Shown here in pieces: positions 49,501 through 62,212 of a stretch of DNA of 64,000 nucleotides (positions are counted from its first letter, which is position 1; every line of letters starts with the position of its first letter). This DNA comes from Marsupella aquatica. Lineage: Eukaryota; Plantae; Marchantiophyta. The stretch lies in the NCBI GenBank assembly GCA_973895155.1, contig OZ316897.1:13763375-13827374 (forward strand), given 5' to 3'. Position numbers and translations under genes: made by a program. The notes beneath the pieces are model-generated. The model was not told where the DNA came from and made no database searches. It was given only the letters and a program-made list of their open reading frames with translations.

Positions 49501-50817
49501 CAGAGAATGACAGGTACCTGAGTTCCTGTTCTCTGAGTCATCTGTGACGAAAGTTTTAGAGTTCTGACTAGTTACGTCATGATGCATGAATGCTGTGAGT
49601 GAAACATTCTAAATTCTATTGTATATGTGAAATATGAAGGTATGTATGATTTTGCTGTCTCGATCTTTCTCTTACGTTTTCGGTTACCGGGAGTCTTTAA
49701 TGTTGACGACCTGGATAGTCTCTGCATTATTTAGGATAAGCCTTACTCCGTTAGAGAGTTTTCCACTTGTAATACGTCCTGTCCCAGCCAATGCTATTTT
49801 GGTCCCCCCAAGCTGCAGGGTCTATGGGCGTAAGGCTACATCTGATGCTTTACGACGTGTTTAGTTCCTATGTCTAGCCTCGGGCCTATCGAAGTCTCGG
49901 CTCTCAAGGTCCAAAAAGTACAATGCATATGGATTCCAACAAATTACGCTCTTAATCGATGCATAAATAGCCAAAATCAGATCCTAAGATCAGGTCACTG
50001 GCCATACAATCATTATTATGCATGTTGATGTCACTTGCTAGTCATTAGTCCACTGGTAAGTATCGTAGTAGCTCTGAGGATACTGAAGTATCTTACACTA
50101 TTCCCATGCTTAAAGGTAAAATGTTTTTTTCTACATGTAATTGCCCAAATTGGTGCACGCTCAATACCAAAAAGTTGATCCTGGACATCCAATGGGACGT
50201 AGGTGAATAATGACGCACCAATATCAAAGTGCCTGTAGCTATTATGTTTAAGAAGGTGTTTGGGTATGAAGTCTTGCGTCCGATGAGTTAAGGCAACCAT
50301 ACAAAGGTTATTCATAAGTCCTCTTCTAAATTCGCGTGATGAAGGCAGCGGTGCAACTTGATTTAAGCTTGCAATCCAACTTTGTTGCATTGGTTTCTGT
50401 TACTGAATTTCACGATTTTGAACTCCAGGACTTCGATTCACGTGCACAGCTTGTGGAGAAAACGGTCACAGAAGACACTTTTGTCCCAAACTGGGCTTCA
50501 AGGGGAAGGAAGCAAGTGCCGCTCGTTCCTACCATTGCAGTTTCTGTGGAAAAAATGGGCATGGATGCAAACGGTGCCCAGAGAAACAAACGCAGGACAC
50601 CTCCTCTTTGAAAGCAGTTACACACTCAAGCGAGACAAATAGCAGGCAAGGAAACCCCAGGGTTTACCGGTGTGGGGTCTGTCAGAAATCGGGCCATACA
50701 CAAAGGACTTGTCCAAAACTGACAAGACCCAAGAGGCTCTGTAGTATCTGTGGCCAGGCTGGGCACAACAGTCGCACTTGCTCTGTTGCAGCTGCCAAAC
50801 AGAGAGAACAAATCTAG
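46547..50817 (+). CDS. DnaJ-type zinc finger plus four CCHC zinc-knuckle protein, ~404 aa; exons 46547-46777, 47714-47887, 48015-48106, 48293-48425, 48755-48847, 49411-49513, 50429-50817
   Basis: CPTCDGRG/CPHC/CPYCSGRG/CPLCHGEC, a basic helical middle region, and four CX2CX4HX4C motifs. All intron phases join in frame. The architecture resembles Arabidopsis At5g20220 (from memory). Exon 1 and the exon 2 acceptor are the least certain. Confidence 0.85.
48905..49110. repeat. Intronic ~103-bp tandem duplication
   Basis: CTTGGGGAC..TTACTCTGAACATTCG...TTCTTGCTT occurs twice. Confidence 0.92.
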
Positions 50818-53800
50818 AAACGTTCCTTGCGCTCACCCTGAAAAGTACAAAGGGTTCAAGCCTCTCTCCTCCACCCGACCAGTGCAGGTCCATACCCACC
50901 GTCCACAGATGCATTGTTGGGGAATAAATGAATGCATTAGTTTGTCTCAAAGCTTAGAGAAAACAATGTTAGTTAGAGGCTGGCATTGGGTTTGCTTGAA
51001 AATCGAGTTTGAGCATGTTCACATGAACCGGAAGTTTGATGCCGAATCTCAAAAGCTTGTAACTGACATGTACTGCCGAATGTCGAAAATTGGAACTGCT
51101 GATGTTTTATCTCGAAAGTTGGCCACAAACAGCAGATGTATCTGAAAAGCCGTCACACCTTTGTCGTCGTCACACATTTCCTGAGAACGTTCTGTCTTCT
51201 TGTTCATTTCAGATTAACTTTTGCAGTTTGCCCGAGCTTTACTGACTGGATCATGTACACAGGACCATAATGAAGTCGACCATGTCGTAATCGCGCTAGT
51301 GGTCGACCTTGAGCAGGTTAGTCTCATGGTGAATTCTCCTGAGACACCCCCGAAAGTGCCGCCTCTGTAATCCTGCATGCGCAAACCAGGTCGCCGGCCG
51401 CAGATGTCCTGCAGTTGTTCTCAACCAGACCCATGCCTGTCATCGTCTTGTGAGTGCGAAGGGTAGCAACAGTATCCTGTACAGCACTGAATTTATTCCC
51501 GCTGTATACGTACTGAAATTAAACACTGAGGCCACAAGATTTGTCGAAGGGGTCGATTGAATTGGATTTCTCGCCGTTCGAACAACCACCGTACTGAAAC
51601 TTGGCCTTGAGCCGTTTTGAGAGGTAAAAGGGAAGGACCCATCCAAACTGATGTGGGGACTGAAAGGTTTGGAGACTTAATTTCTCAACCGAAACCATGT
51701 CATAATCTTGTACAAGGCCAGTTTCATTCTTTGCTATACCCACGTATCAAAATTGGGCACAGAATCTCAGGAAGAGGCCGCTTGAATTGGATTTCTCACG
51801 GTTTTAACAACCAAGGTACTGAACCGCTGAAAGGTTTGCAGATTTGAGCCGTTTGAGAGGTGAAACAGAAATATCCGATCAAAAAAGATTTGGAAAATTA
51901 AATCCAGGTCTGAAAGACCACATTAGTTGTTGAGCACTCCCCGGGCTCGTCGACAATTGTCCTGATGTACGGCATTGTCTCTGTCAAGCCAGATTTAGAT
52001 AGTGGGTTGTACAGTAAGGTATTCAGAGCTCGATGCGAATGATGAAGAGCTGACGATTTTACAGTGAGGAAGAATCATACCACCGGCGGTGTTGTCTTTC
52101 GGCATCTGCAAAGTTATTAGTAACGATCGTCGTAGTGCTAACACAAACCAGAAGGCCAGCCAGCGCAATCTGAGGAAGCGCGCTGATCTGTTCATCCTCG
52201 CTGTTGTCGAGTGAATCTTGATAATTCTTTACTAGAAATGACAACAAGTGCCAGATAGGTCGAAGAGTTCACAGTAAATTCGATTGAGATAGAACTCCGG
52301 ACATGTGGGCAGATTTTCGTTTCACCATCAATCAGATCCTCCAATTTTCGCCCATATCAAAATTTCCGACACTAACTTTAATCGAACTTCTATAAAGTGA
52401 TTATTCCTCTACCATTTAAAGGATGGGCGAAACCAGGAAGTTCTGATTGAAGTATGTTATATCGAGATCGGTACACATGTCCAAAGTTCTATCTCAATCG
52501 ATTTGGCATTGAATATCTTATGCACCATCCTATGTAATAAGCCAGAATTGGAACTCGAAGATGGTCACACTGCAGAGAAAGAAACGCAGCAAAGCGATTC
52601 TGCCGCTCATCAAAGATTGTCACCGGAAGAGAACAAAATGTAGGAAAGTTACAGTAGCAGCTCTGCTGACCATTCATTGCTGTGGAGTTGTTAATCTAAG
52701 AAGCTAGAAATGGAACTTCAAGATTGTCACCGGGGGACAGATCATGCATTGAAAGAGATTCTGCCGATGACAACTTGTAGGTCTAATTCTAGCTTCCCTC
52801 ACCGTATCCAGGTGAGGGATATGGTGCAGTAGCAGCATTGTCGCTGGGGCTATTTGGGCCTGATCAATGGCAAATTGGTCGTGCTCCATTTCTTGCTTGC
52901 CTGCTTTTTACACTCTCGTTGGGGATTCGATTTCATCTCATTTTATTCCGGGCTGGATCGACTTTGGATTGCACAGCAAGGTCATAAGACTTTCTCGCAG
53001 TTTGCATCGCGAATTCACAGTCTGGTATTCACAGTTCGGTATTTCCTTTGGCCTCCTTTTTTTTTTGCCTCGAAATAACCAAACAACCTTCATTTCCTTT
53101 GGCCTCCTCTCGTCCCAGAGAGCGGCTCGACAGTCAATTTCATTCATAGCAAGGGGTCTGTGGTCAGTGGTAGCAAACGCTATTCGTACTGCAACATTTC
53201 GTGTGGCATCCAACACAGTACTCGGGTTCGCGGACGCAGTATTGGGCAGTATTGGAATTCGAGGGTTTCGAAACGACCACCAGTTAAATGAGCTTTGTGT
53301 TCCAATGTACAAAGGCTGAGCGCTTGTTTGTATTTGCCTCGAATAGATTCTCTTTGAATAGTAAGTTGTTTGGGAGAAGCCTAGGAGCATGAAGTGGCCT
53401 GAATTTTTGTGATTCGGATCGGTTGAGTGGCGCGGTATTCAAGAGAACTCTCTCGTTCCCAAATCTACTCACGCTCTAATTTACAACAGTACACAGCGAA
53501 GGATTGATCGGAATGAGTTCGAATAATTATCACCTGACGGCCCATTTTGTGACGTGAAGGCAGAGTCAGTGGACAGATCAGGAAACGCACGGTCCATGCT
53601 TATAATGAGTCTACCAAAGCGAGTTGTAAGGTTCACATTCTCGCCGCACGCTTGTTCTCATTCCTTCTCCTTCCTACGTAGCTGCCTATCTATCCTCTCC
53701 TTTATCCTTTATCTTCTCACGTCATCACTTCAATCTCGTCGACTTTATAAGAAGCTAGCCATTTGGCATCACCCCTCCATTCATGGTAAAATATCAGAGA

Positions 53801-56134
53801 GTATTCAAAGCTTTAATTTTCGGTGGATAACTGCCCCAACAAAAACATGGGAGTATGGGACAGATCGCCTATCTCCTGTAAAGCACGACCACCTGATAAT
53901 GTGCGAGTTACGCAAAGTATGTGCCATGATGAGATTTCGTGTGGCACTGCAGTTCTATGATTGCTTCGTGTTCCGTCTTTTCCGGGGAGATATATGATAG
54001 TTGAGATACACAAGCGCCAACTACTCTTCCCCGTCATAATTCCGTGCTGTTCACGACCTTTTAGACGCAATACAGTTTCTTGGTATAGATCAGCCATCGC
54101 TACTTTGCCCCTTGTAAAACAGATTTACTCTTGTTTGATTGAAGGCCATCTTTGAGTCCTGCCAAGTCTCTCAAGTTGGAGCCATGGTTTGATCCACCTA
54201 GTCAGGCACCTTGGGCTCAGGTTAGTACGAAAATTGTGGGATTGTATCTCGACATCCCCTAGACGGGTCATATTCAGTAGGAGGTATGTTTGCATACCAG
54301 CAATTGGTGTGGCCACTTATACCACAATTCGATGGATTGTTTCTGCTCTTAGCTGTCCAGACATTCTTAAAAATTCAACAGCTATTGAATAGTAACAATG
54401 CAAGCCTTGCTGTGGAGGAAGTTCTGTATCCTAAGTGCAATACAATGCACGTCTACTTGCCTTGACATGTATTAATTACTGTAGTGTGCCTTGCGTACTG
54501 CTCCCTCTCCTTCTGCAGAAATGAAAACTAAGAAAACCACGTCTATAAGTGACCTACAGTATCTATTGGGCTTTCAGCCCAAGCGTCTCTCCATGAAAGA
54601 CCTCAAAGACAAACAGAATTCATGAGAAATGGAGTGAATCGTTCGCCCTGAGGCAAAGTGCAGAGTTAACACATTCTCCATTCAACGAGGAATCCAACTT
54701 CGAGCTACTTCAGCATGTGGACTGTTTGAATTTCTGACGAGACGGGCTGCTTTCCTTTTTGGAACTTATCTCGCTAGGAGACGGATCAAAATTATATGAA
54801 AGTGTCAGGGGCATCAGCGCGGAATCAGATGACCCCGATGGAGGCCTGAACGTCCGAACACCACAGGAGGCAAAATTACTGTGTTTCACGAGCGGACAGG
54901 AACAGAATTGATCCAAACAAGTGAGAAACCAGAATTCACGAGCAGACAAACACAAAGGCAAAGACAAAACTTAGATTGAAAGCAGATCGATGACTTGTTC
55001 AGGGGATTGGAAACGCGGACCATGAAAAGCTTCAAGAAAGAAGACAAGTAGTGCCTCTTTCTAGCTGAGCTGGTTGTTCAGGGCATCTCGTGGAAGAGTT
55101 CTCCACCGGCCTCGTGCCCATCACACATGCCTCCTGCTTTGAGTGAGTCCAATGTTTGGCCCTAGGCGAGTGTTAGACTCACTCCCTGGTGATCAGAAAA
55201 GAAAGTGGGATTACGAGGAGACAGTGACAAAATTCTATAGACAGGTGGTGAGATGTTTCACGAGGAAACATGGACAGAAGTCGTAGGTAGTCAGCAGCAG
55301 CTCCTTTTAAAAGTAGTAATTAAGGGTTGCAGTTTTCAGTGGGTTTTCGATATAATGATCCACTCACTGTACATTCCGCAGCGACAATGCGCAGTTGCGC
55401 ACCACCATGCCACCCAGCGGATCGATTTGAAATCTTCTGCAAAGTACTGCAGCATTTTGTGCTGTCGATCAGTTCTCCACCATAGCAGCAGTCTCGTAGG
55501 ATCGGTCGATAGGCCATTGATCGGCGTAGAAAACGATGTCCTGAAATGAATTCACATTGAAGTCGGTTTCAAACCCGATCACGAGGTCATCCACATCACT
55601 CATTTGGAGGCCTTGAATCGGCAACTATTATTCCATCGGTATCTAATCGTCCTCCACAAGGTGATAATTATGCCGACAAAGCCGTCGATTTGAGTCGCAA
55701 AGCAAACGTATTCTGCAGCTTGGATCACGGAAAGGGGATTGGGTTCAGCTGGGAAGAAGTTATTACCGCACTCTACTGTGCTGTAGTTCCAGATCAGCTG
55801 TAAAGGCTCACGATCATGATCGAGTACACGTAGATGCTTCTCGATGTTGGCTGCAAACGCACGCTGACGGCATGTCTGGACGATTTGATCAATTGACTTT
55901 CCAAGTCAATGAAGGTCTGTCCGATTAATCGATCACCCAGAGTGTGGGTTCTTTTTCTTGTCCTCGTTGGGGTGGGTAGGGTCACCTTAGTCATGAAGCA
56001 GTCTGAGTCAATAAATCGAATCGGAGGTGACCCCGTGTCTGCCGCTCGTCAGGGAGTGACAATAGCGGCGGCGCTTGTGTGAGTACAGGACTGCAATTGA
56101 GTGTTTCTAATTTGGTTCCAAGTATCTGCAACCG

Positions 56135-56890
56135 TGTCTAAGTGCATCCTGGATAAGTGCATCCTGGATAAGGGCATGCTAACCCTGTAGTCCTTTATTA
56201 TTTGCTAGGGGGTTTCATTTCCACAAATTACACATCATGGGGCCATTTTATTGATTTCAAGAGAATATTTTTAAAAATTATTAAAAGAATGTTAGATTTT
56301 TTTTAATTTAATTTTGAAACTTACAAGAACAGTAGTCTTTCAATCAAAATTCTGGAAGATTTTCAAAAAATATTCCAACTTAATAGAGGTTAATAAATAC
56401 ATCTTTTTTCTTACTTTTAGGGGTCAGAGACCTAAAAACGCCACAGGTGGTGGGGAGGCCTCCCTATAGTGAGACCCCTCAAACTACTTTGGTAAATGCA
56501 CCAAAAAAGTGTTGCCTGGATAAGTGCATTATGTGAATAAGTGCAGGCCGCCCATGTGTTCCCCCCACTATTAAATAAATTTCCTACATAATTGGACCAA
56601 AAAAAGTGACTAAGTGCATCCTAGATAAAGTGCAGGTCAACCATATAGTCCCCTCCCATTAAAGAACTTCCCTTTTGTAAATGAACCAAGAAATGCAGTT
56701 TGCATAAGTGCATGTAGACTCTCACTACACTACAAAATCTAGGCACTAAGTGTCAAATACATGAGTGTATTTCCATCTGTGTGTGGACATTCATATATCA
56801 TAACTGCAATGCATACAAAAGAAGCAGTTATTGATAAGTGCAGCAAATAACTACATAAAGTAGTTTCATGTACTTATCCAGTTGAATTCT
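56135..56890. repeat. Probable degenerate DNA-transposon remnant with a recurring ATAAGTGCA motif
   Basis: Many direct copies of (GGA)TAAGTGCA and an inverted one near 56870; termini not resolved. Confidence 0.4.
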
Positions 56891-57096
56891 GCAATATGGA
56901 AGAGGTATGAAAGGTCAGATATGTGTTACCTGAAAACACAATGGGGAAGACCTAGTGCATATGCAATTTCACACTATGTATGGCCCTCCATATATTGAAC
57001 CCCCCCCCCCACGAGGCTAGTGGTGTCTTCTCAGGAGCCTCGCTTCGACACAGTTCACTATAATGTCCACCATGTTTATGTGCGGGGGGTCCAGAA

Positions 57097-57439
57097 TGTT
57101 AGATATTGCTCTAGTCTTGTGACTCATGAGCTAACCACAGTTAGTCTAACTCGGGTTAGAACTTAGCTAATGTTAGCGGTAGTGCTATTGTGCATATAGC
57201 CAGGGCTGATGCCAGACCCTGGGGGAACTTAGGCTCATTGTTACGGAGCTAGTTGAGAGATAGGGAGAGTTTTGCTGTGGATGCTTGGTATGCCCGGTCG
57301 GCCTAGAGTGCAGTAAAGCTCTTGTGTGTTCCCGTGGACGTAGCCTCATGTGGAGGTGAACCACATATCTCTCTGTGTCGACTATTGTGCGTTGGATAGT
57401 TCATGGGCTTGCCGTTGCGAATGTCGTCTATGCTCAACA
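57097..57439 (+). mobile_element. Solo LTR of the copia family
   Basis: TG..CA ends and TSD CAGAA. The 3' ~200 bp closely match the R/U5 end of the full-length element's LTR. Confidence 0.92.
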
Positions 57440-58738
57440 CAGAATGCAACCATGAATGTCATAGCTGGTAAGCCATTAACCAGCCTTAATTAATAATTAG
57501 GATTTTAAATTACAGCATATTACCCATCGTGCAGTTCCCAAATACCTCATACTAGCCTAACTACCTGTTCCATGAACCTAAATAGAGGGGGTGAGAACAA
57601 ACCTTAAGATTCCCCTTCATCAATGACTTGCTCCCACTCCCTGTTTTTGACTACCAGTTCTATGAATTTAAAAAGAGGTGGGATGCATTGGGTGGCAAGA
57701 GTGTTAGTTTCGGCCATGCTTGTTGAGTGCACTAGTACTGCAAGTGTGTTGCTCCTGCTTGTTGTTTGGCAACCATAGCTTTAGATGGCCAGCTGCTACG
57801 TATGAGAGGAGGAATTTCTTTGCCAACTCCCTTTGAATTGACAACATCTGCAGATAATCTACCTGTGTCTTTCTTCCTTGATTGTGATATTCTAATGAAT
57901 TGGCTCATCTTCTCCCATCAAAATGGCTCTATATATGTCAAACACACAGGGCTCTACCAAGCATGGTCTATGGTCCAAGGGGATAAACAACGACCCAAAG
58001 AAGATTACCAGGACACATTTACCTCAATACTGTCAGACCTGAGACTTCCTTAGTCCTTATGCATCTGTTTGCCATACATCATTTTGAGGCTCATTTGTGG
58101 GATACCCGGTGGGATATTGTCATTGTCTTCCTTCAAGCCAGCGTTTGTCTATATGTTTAGAAAACCTTCCTGGCTGTTGCTGGCTAGCTTATTCCCACAT
58201 CCAGGATACAGGGTTACTGACAGCCTAGTAACCCTTGCCCAAATATTGGTTATCCTATACTCAATAGGTGTCTGAGAGCCTGCAAAAACAGGATAATAGC
58301 AGTCTAGTCTAGGGTCACTAGCCTGTAACCCTATGACCAGAAAATGAGTAAAACCTGATCACTAGCAACCACAAAGCTTTTCTAAGCTTTCTTGAAGCAG
58401 GGTTCAGGTTAGAACCCCAGGCAGCCCAGACGTCCATTACAGTAAGTGTATTAACTATTTAGTGTCTACAAAAAGGTTACTTGCACACAAGCCATTATGA
58501 GAATAGCAAGTACCTTCAAAAATGTAATTGGTGTCTGAAAAAAGGTTACTTTAGGGCAAGAGATTATGGCAATAGCAGGTACCCTCAAAAATAATGCAGC
58601 AGTTACCTCCAAAGTTTCCATAGTCCAGGCAAGAGATTATGGGAACAATAGGTACCTCCAATAATGTAATTAGTGTCTGGAAAAAACATTACTTCCCCCC
58701 AAAAGATAATGGTACCACACCTGCATTCACTACAAAAG

Positions 58739-58804
58739 TTATGTGCAGTTAGACATGGTATTACGTGCAGTTAGACATGGTGTTACGTGCAGTTAGACAT
58801 GGTA
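58739..58804. repeat. 22-bp tandem repeat x3 in the CASP-like promoter
   Basis: Unit TTACGTGCAGTTAGACATGGT(A/G). Confidence 0.9.
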
Positions 58805-59024
58805 GACTTGATGGTATATGGGAGCCGGAAAGTACACGTAGGCACGGTAGACTATGGTATATTGCGGCGCAAATGTGCTGCAGATGGAAATTTAAAGGCT
58901 GAGTAAGTCCGCTGTTGTTTGTTCTCGTACTCTCTCACTCACTCACTCGAATTGCTCCAGAGTGGGATTGAAATTTGAAAGAATTGCAAAATTGTGATCA
59001 ATCGTGCCCATCGAGCAGTGAGCT

Positions 59025-61714
59025 ATGGCAACACGGGATTCTTCCGACGTCCCTGTGGACGCTGAGAAAGGGTATTCCAGACAAGGGCGGAGCTTGAAGC
59101 TGAAATTGGTCGACCTTGTGTTCAGATTTCTCGCTTTTGCGGGCACACTCTCGGCGTTTGTCGTCATGATCACCAACCGGCAGAGCATTCTCGTCTTGAT
59201 CACCAGCCGCCCCAACTCTTTTCTTAAGATCTGGGCAAAGTACCACTACTCGGATGCCTTCTTGTAAGCATATCTACAAACTGCTGCCGTTGTCGCTCAC
59301 TGTCACGTAGATCCTTTCTTTTTGACTTTCTTCTTCTTCGAGGCTATAGCGCCGAATCTATCGTTTGGTTGTCATCAAGGTGCTGAACGATTCTTGAGTT
59401 GAGCGCTGTCGTGAGTATGGGAGAAGTATCATCTTTCCTGAGTCATCAAACTATCGCTCCAGTGAGTCCCGTCTCTCGCTTCTTCATCGTCTGGCACCGA
59501 GGTACTCTGTCTTCGATTTTGAGTTCTCGGATAGAGCCTTTCGACTTCTGATACAGCGTGCAATTTGGCTTTGTACTGTGTTCAGCTCAGCGAATTTTGT
59601 TCGAGTAACAATGTCGTTCACTGGCTTGCTGATTCGTTCTCTTTGATTTTCCTCAAAGCTGATTATTTCTGTTTGATTTTACTCTTCGAGCTAAGGCACC
59701 TATTCTCTCGAAGTCCTGAACGATTCTTGAGTTGAGCGCTGTTTTGAGTGAAGGAGAAGTATTATCTTTCATGAGTTTACATCGGGCGCAGTTTTGATGT
59801 TTGAAGCTATCGCTCCAGTGACTCCCGTCTCTCCTTCCTTGATTCTGAGTCCTCTGATAGAACCTTCCGAGTTCCGACACAGAGAGCAATTTGGCTTTGT
59901 ACCGGGTTCAGCTCAGCTGATTTTTCTCAAATAGCATTTGTGCTCGCGTCGGTTATACACGCGCTCGTGTGAGTTTAGTTCTTTGATAATCAAAGTGCTG
60001 AACGATTCTTGAGTTGAGCGCTGCGTGAGTGAAGTAGAAGTATCATCTTGCATTAGTGTTACTAGGAGACTACATCGGGTGCGGTTTGATGTTTGAAGCT
60101 ATCACTGCAGTCTTCTGTTTCGCTTCTTTGTCATCTGGCACCCAGGTCCTGTCTTTCTCGCTGTCTTTCTTTGGTTTTGAGTCCTCTGATTTACTTCGTC
60201 CTCTCCGGAAGATAAGATCTCTATACTTGTCCACATAGGGCCTTGCGACACAGCGACCAATTTGACCTCGTACTGTGTTCAGCTCAACTTCGTTTGTAGG
60301 AATTTTTTAGCAATTGTGTTCGCATCGGTTATACTACAGCGGGCGCAGTTTTGATGTTTGACAGTCTTGTCTCTCGCTTCTTTGTCATCTGGCACCGTGG
60401 CCCCGTCCTTCTTTGGTTCTGAGTCCTCTGATTTCACGTTTCCTCTGTGGAAGATTAATAGAGCCTTCCGAATTCCAACATAGCGACCAATTTGGCTTTG
60501 TACTGTGGGTTCAGCTCAGCTTATTTTGTACCAAGTTTGTTCGCATCTGTTATACTCCGTCGAGCGCAGTTTTGAAGTTTGACGGTTTTGCCTCTCGCTT
60601 CTTTATCATCGGGCACCGAGGCCCTGTCTTTCTTTGGTTTTGCGTCCTTTGATTTCACTCTTCTTCTCCGGAAAATGAATAGAGCCTTCCCAATTCCAAC
60701 ACAGCGACCAATTTGGCTTTCTTCTGTGCGTTCAGCTAAGCTGATTTTGCTCGAGTAGCAGTTGCGTTCGCTTTAGTTATACTCGCCCTCTGGCTTTTCG
60801 TGTGAGTTTTTTTTGTTGGTCTTTGAAGCGTTCCGTCCGCGCTTGCACTACTGTATTGACAGTACATTGCGACCCTGGCTCAAGGCGTGTGATTAAGCTC
60901 CTCATCTCAATCCCATTTTTCTTGTAAGAAATATGTTGTTCATATGTGTTAGCTACATCACGTCACCAGTGCACTTCCGCCTCTCACAATCGTGTCAGTG
61001 TTTTCGTGGTTTTCTTCGAGCTAGGTTTCTTCCACGAGTAGTCTGATCAGCCCGTGTCTTGCTCATATTCCTATCGTCCTGTTTATTCACTCTTCGACGG
61101 AGACATTATATGATTCTTTCTTTCCAGTGTACTTCTTGTTTGGCTGCGAATCACCTCGAGCTCCCCCTTGTGCTGCAGAGCTCTCTTTCTGAATTCCTTC
61201 TGTTGATTGATTGCAGTCGAAGAAGTTGTACTTACGGTTTGGAATTTCGTGTTCGCAATGACAAACCAGGTGGTTTGTGGTGGCGAACGGGATTGCCTTC
61301 GGCTATACACTCCTCACCCTTCTATTCGGCGCGTTCAACCATTCACCAAAGATTGCACGGGTCATCCTGGTGTTGGATTTGGTAAGCAAGCAACAGCTTT
61401 TGACTGCTCTATCAATGCCTCTTATTTTATTGGAACATCACTAAATTTGGATGCAGCTGATGGGTGTAATCGCGAATTAAATTTTTACACTTCTGTTGTC
61501 GCAGTTAGTAGCCTATATGATCATGTCAGCGGCATCAGCGGCCACTGCCATCGCGTATATTGGAGAGAACGGGTTGTCGCAAACCGGATGGTCGCCTATT
61601 TGTAGCAATTTCCACCGCTACTGCCATCATGTTCTGGGGGCCTTGATCGCCAGCTTCCTCGGCTGGTTGAGTCTCACCGTTATCATCATTTCAGGCCTCC
61701 ACCAAAGGTACTGA
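59025..61714 (+). CDS. CASPL: CASP-like protein (DUF588), 186 aa; exons 59025-59263, 61270-61381, 61505-61714
   Basis: DLVFRFLAF..VVMITNRQ, AKYHYSDAF, WFVVANGIAFGY, AASAATAIAYIGENG and WSPICSNFHRYC; canonical 3-exon layout with matching phases. Confidence 0.93.
59380..60790. repeat. Diverged ~230-310-bp tandem array x5 filling CASPL intron 1
   Basis: CAATTTGGCTTTGTACTGTGTTCAGCTCA-like motif x5; CTGAACGATTCTTGAGTTGAGCGCTG x3. Confidence 0.88.
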
Positions 61715-62077
61715 GAATTGGAGACACTTCTCTTCTGGTCTCCACATCAAAAACATCCAGGATATCGGTTCTCGTCATTGGGGTTACATTGAACTCGTTT
61801 TCGCTCAGCGCCTGAAGAAGAGGCCGACGATTTGACAGGACGGTCTTCTCTAGCTTTTTAGTAAGTTGTTTTCCACCATGAACTAGCTCGGTGGTGGAGA
61901 TGACAGAGAGGAGACATGGAAGGCATATCCAATTATGTTGTGTAGTTAGGAATGGAGGGAGACAACATTTGTAGTGCAAGGGACGATGCATGGTCAGTTG
62001 AATCAGGTACTCAAATTTGGCAGTAATCTCTCTTTTAGGAATTACAGTAGTGACTTGGTGAGAGGGTCCCAATTTGC

Positions 62078-62212
62078 AAGTCACAAAGTTATCGCTTGTA
62101 GGGATGAGAGTAGAGAAAAGGGTGAGAGGGTGCCACTTTGCAAGTCAAAAAGTTATCACTGCTAGGGATGAGAGCAGAGACAAGGGTGAGAGGGTGCCAC
62201 TTTGCAAGTCAA
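62078..62212. repeat. ~64-bp tandem duplication
   Basis: AGGGATGAGAG..AAGGGTGAGAGGGTGCCACTTTGCAAGTCAA occurs twice. Confidence 0.85.

Noticed and set aside
52300-56050. Horizontally acquired/viral DNA or an LRR-Roc pseudogene
   Set aside because: The region is CpG-rich, but the frames I translated are stop-ridden and show no diagnostic motif; a BLASTX search would be needed.
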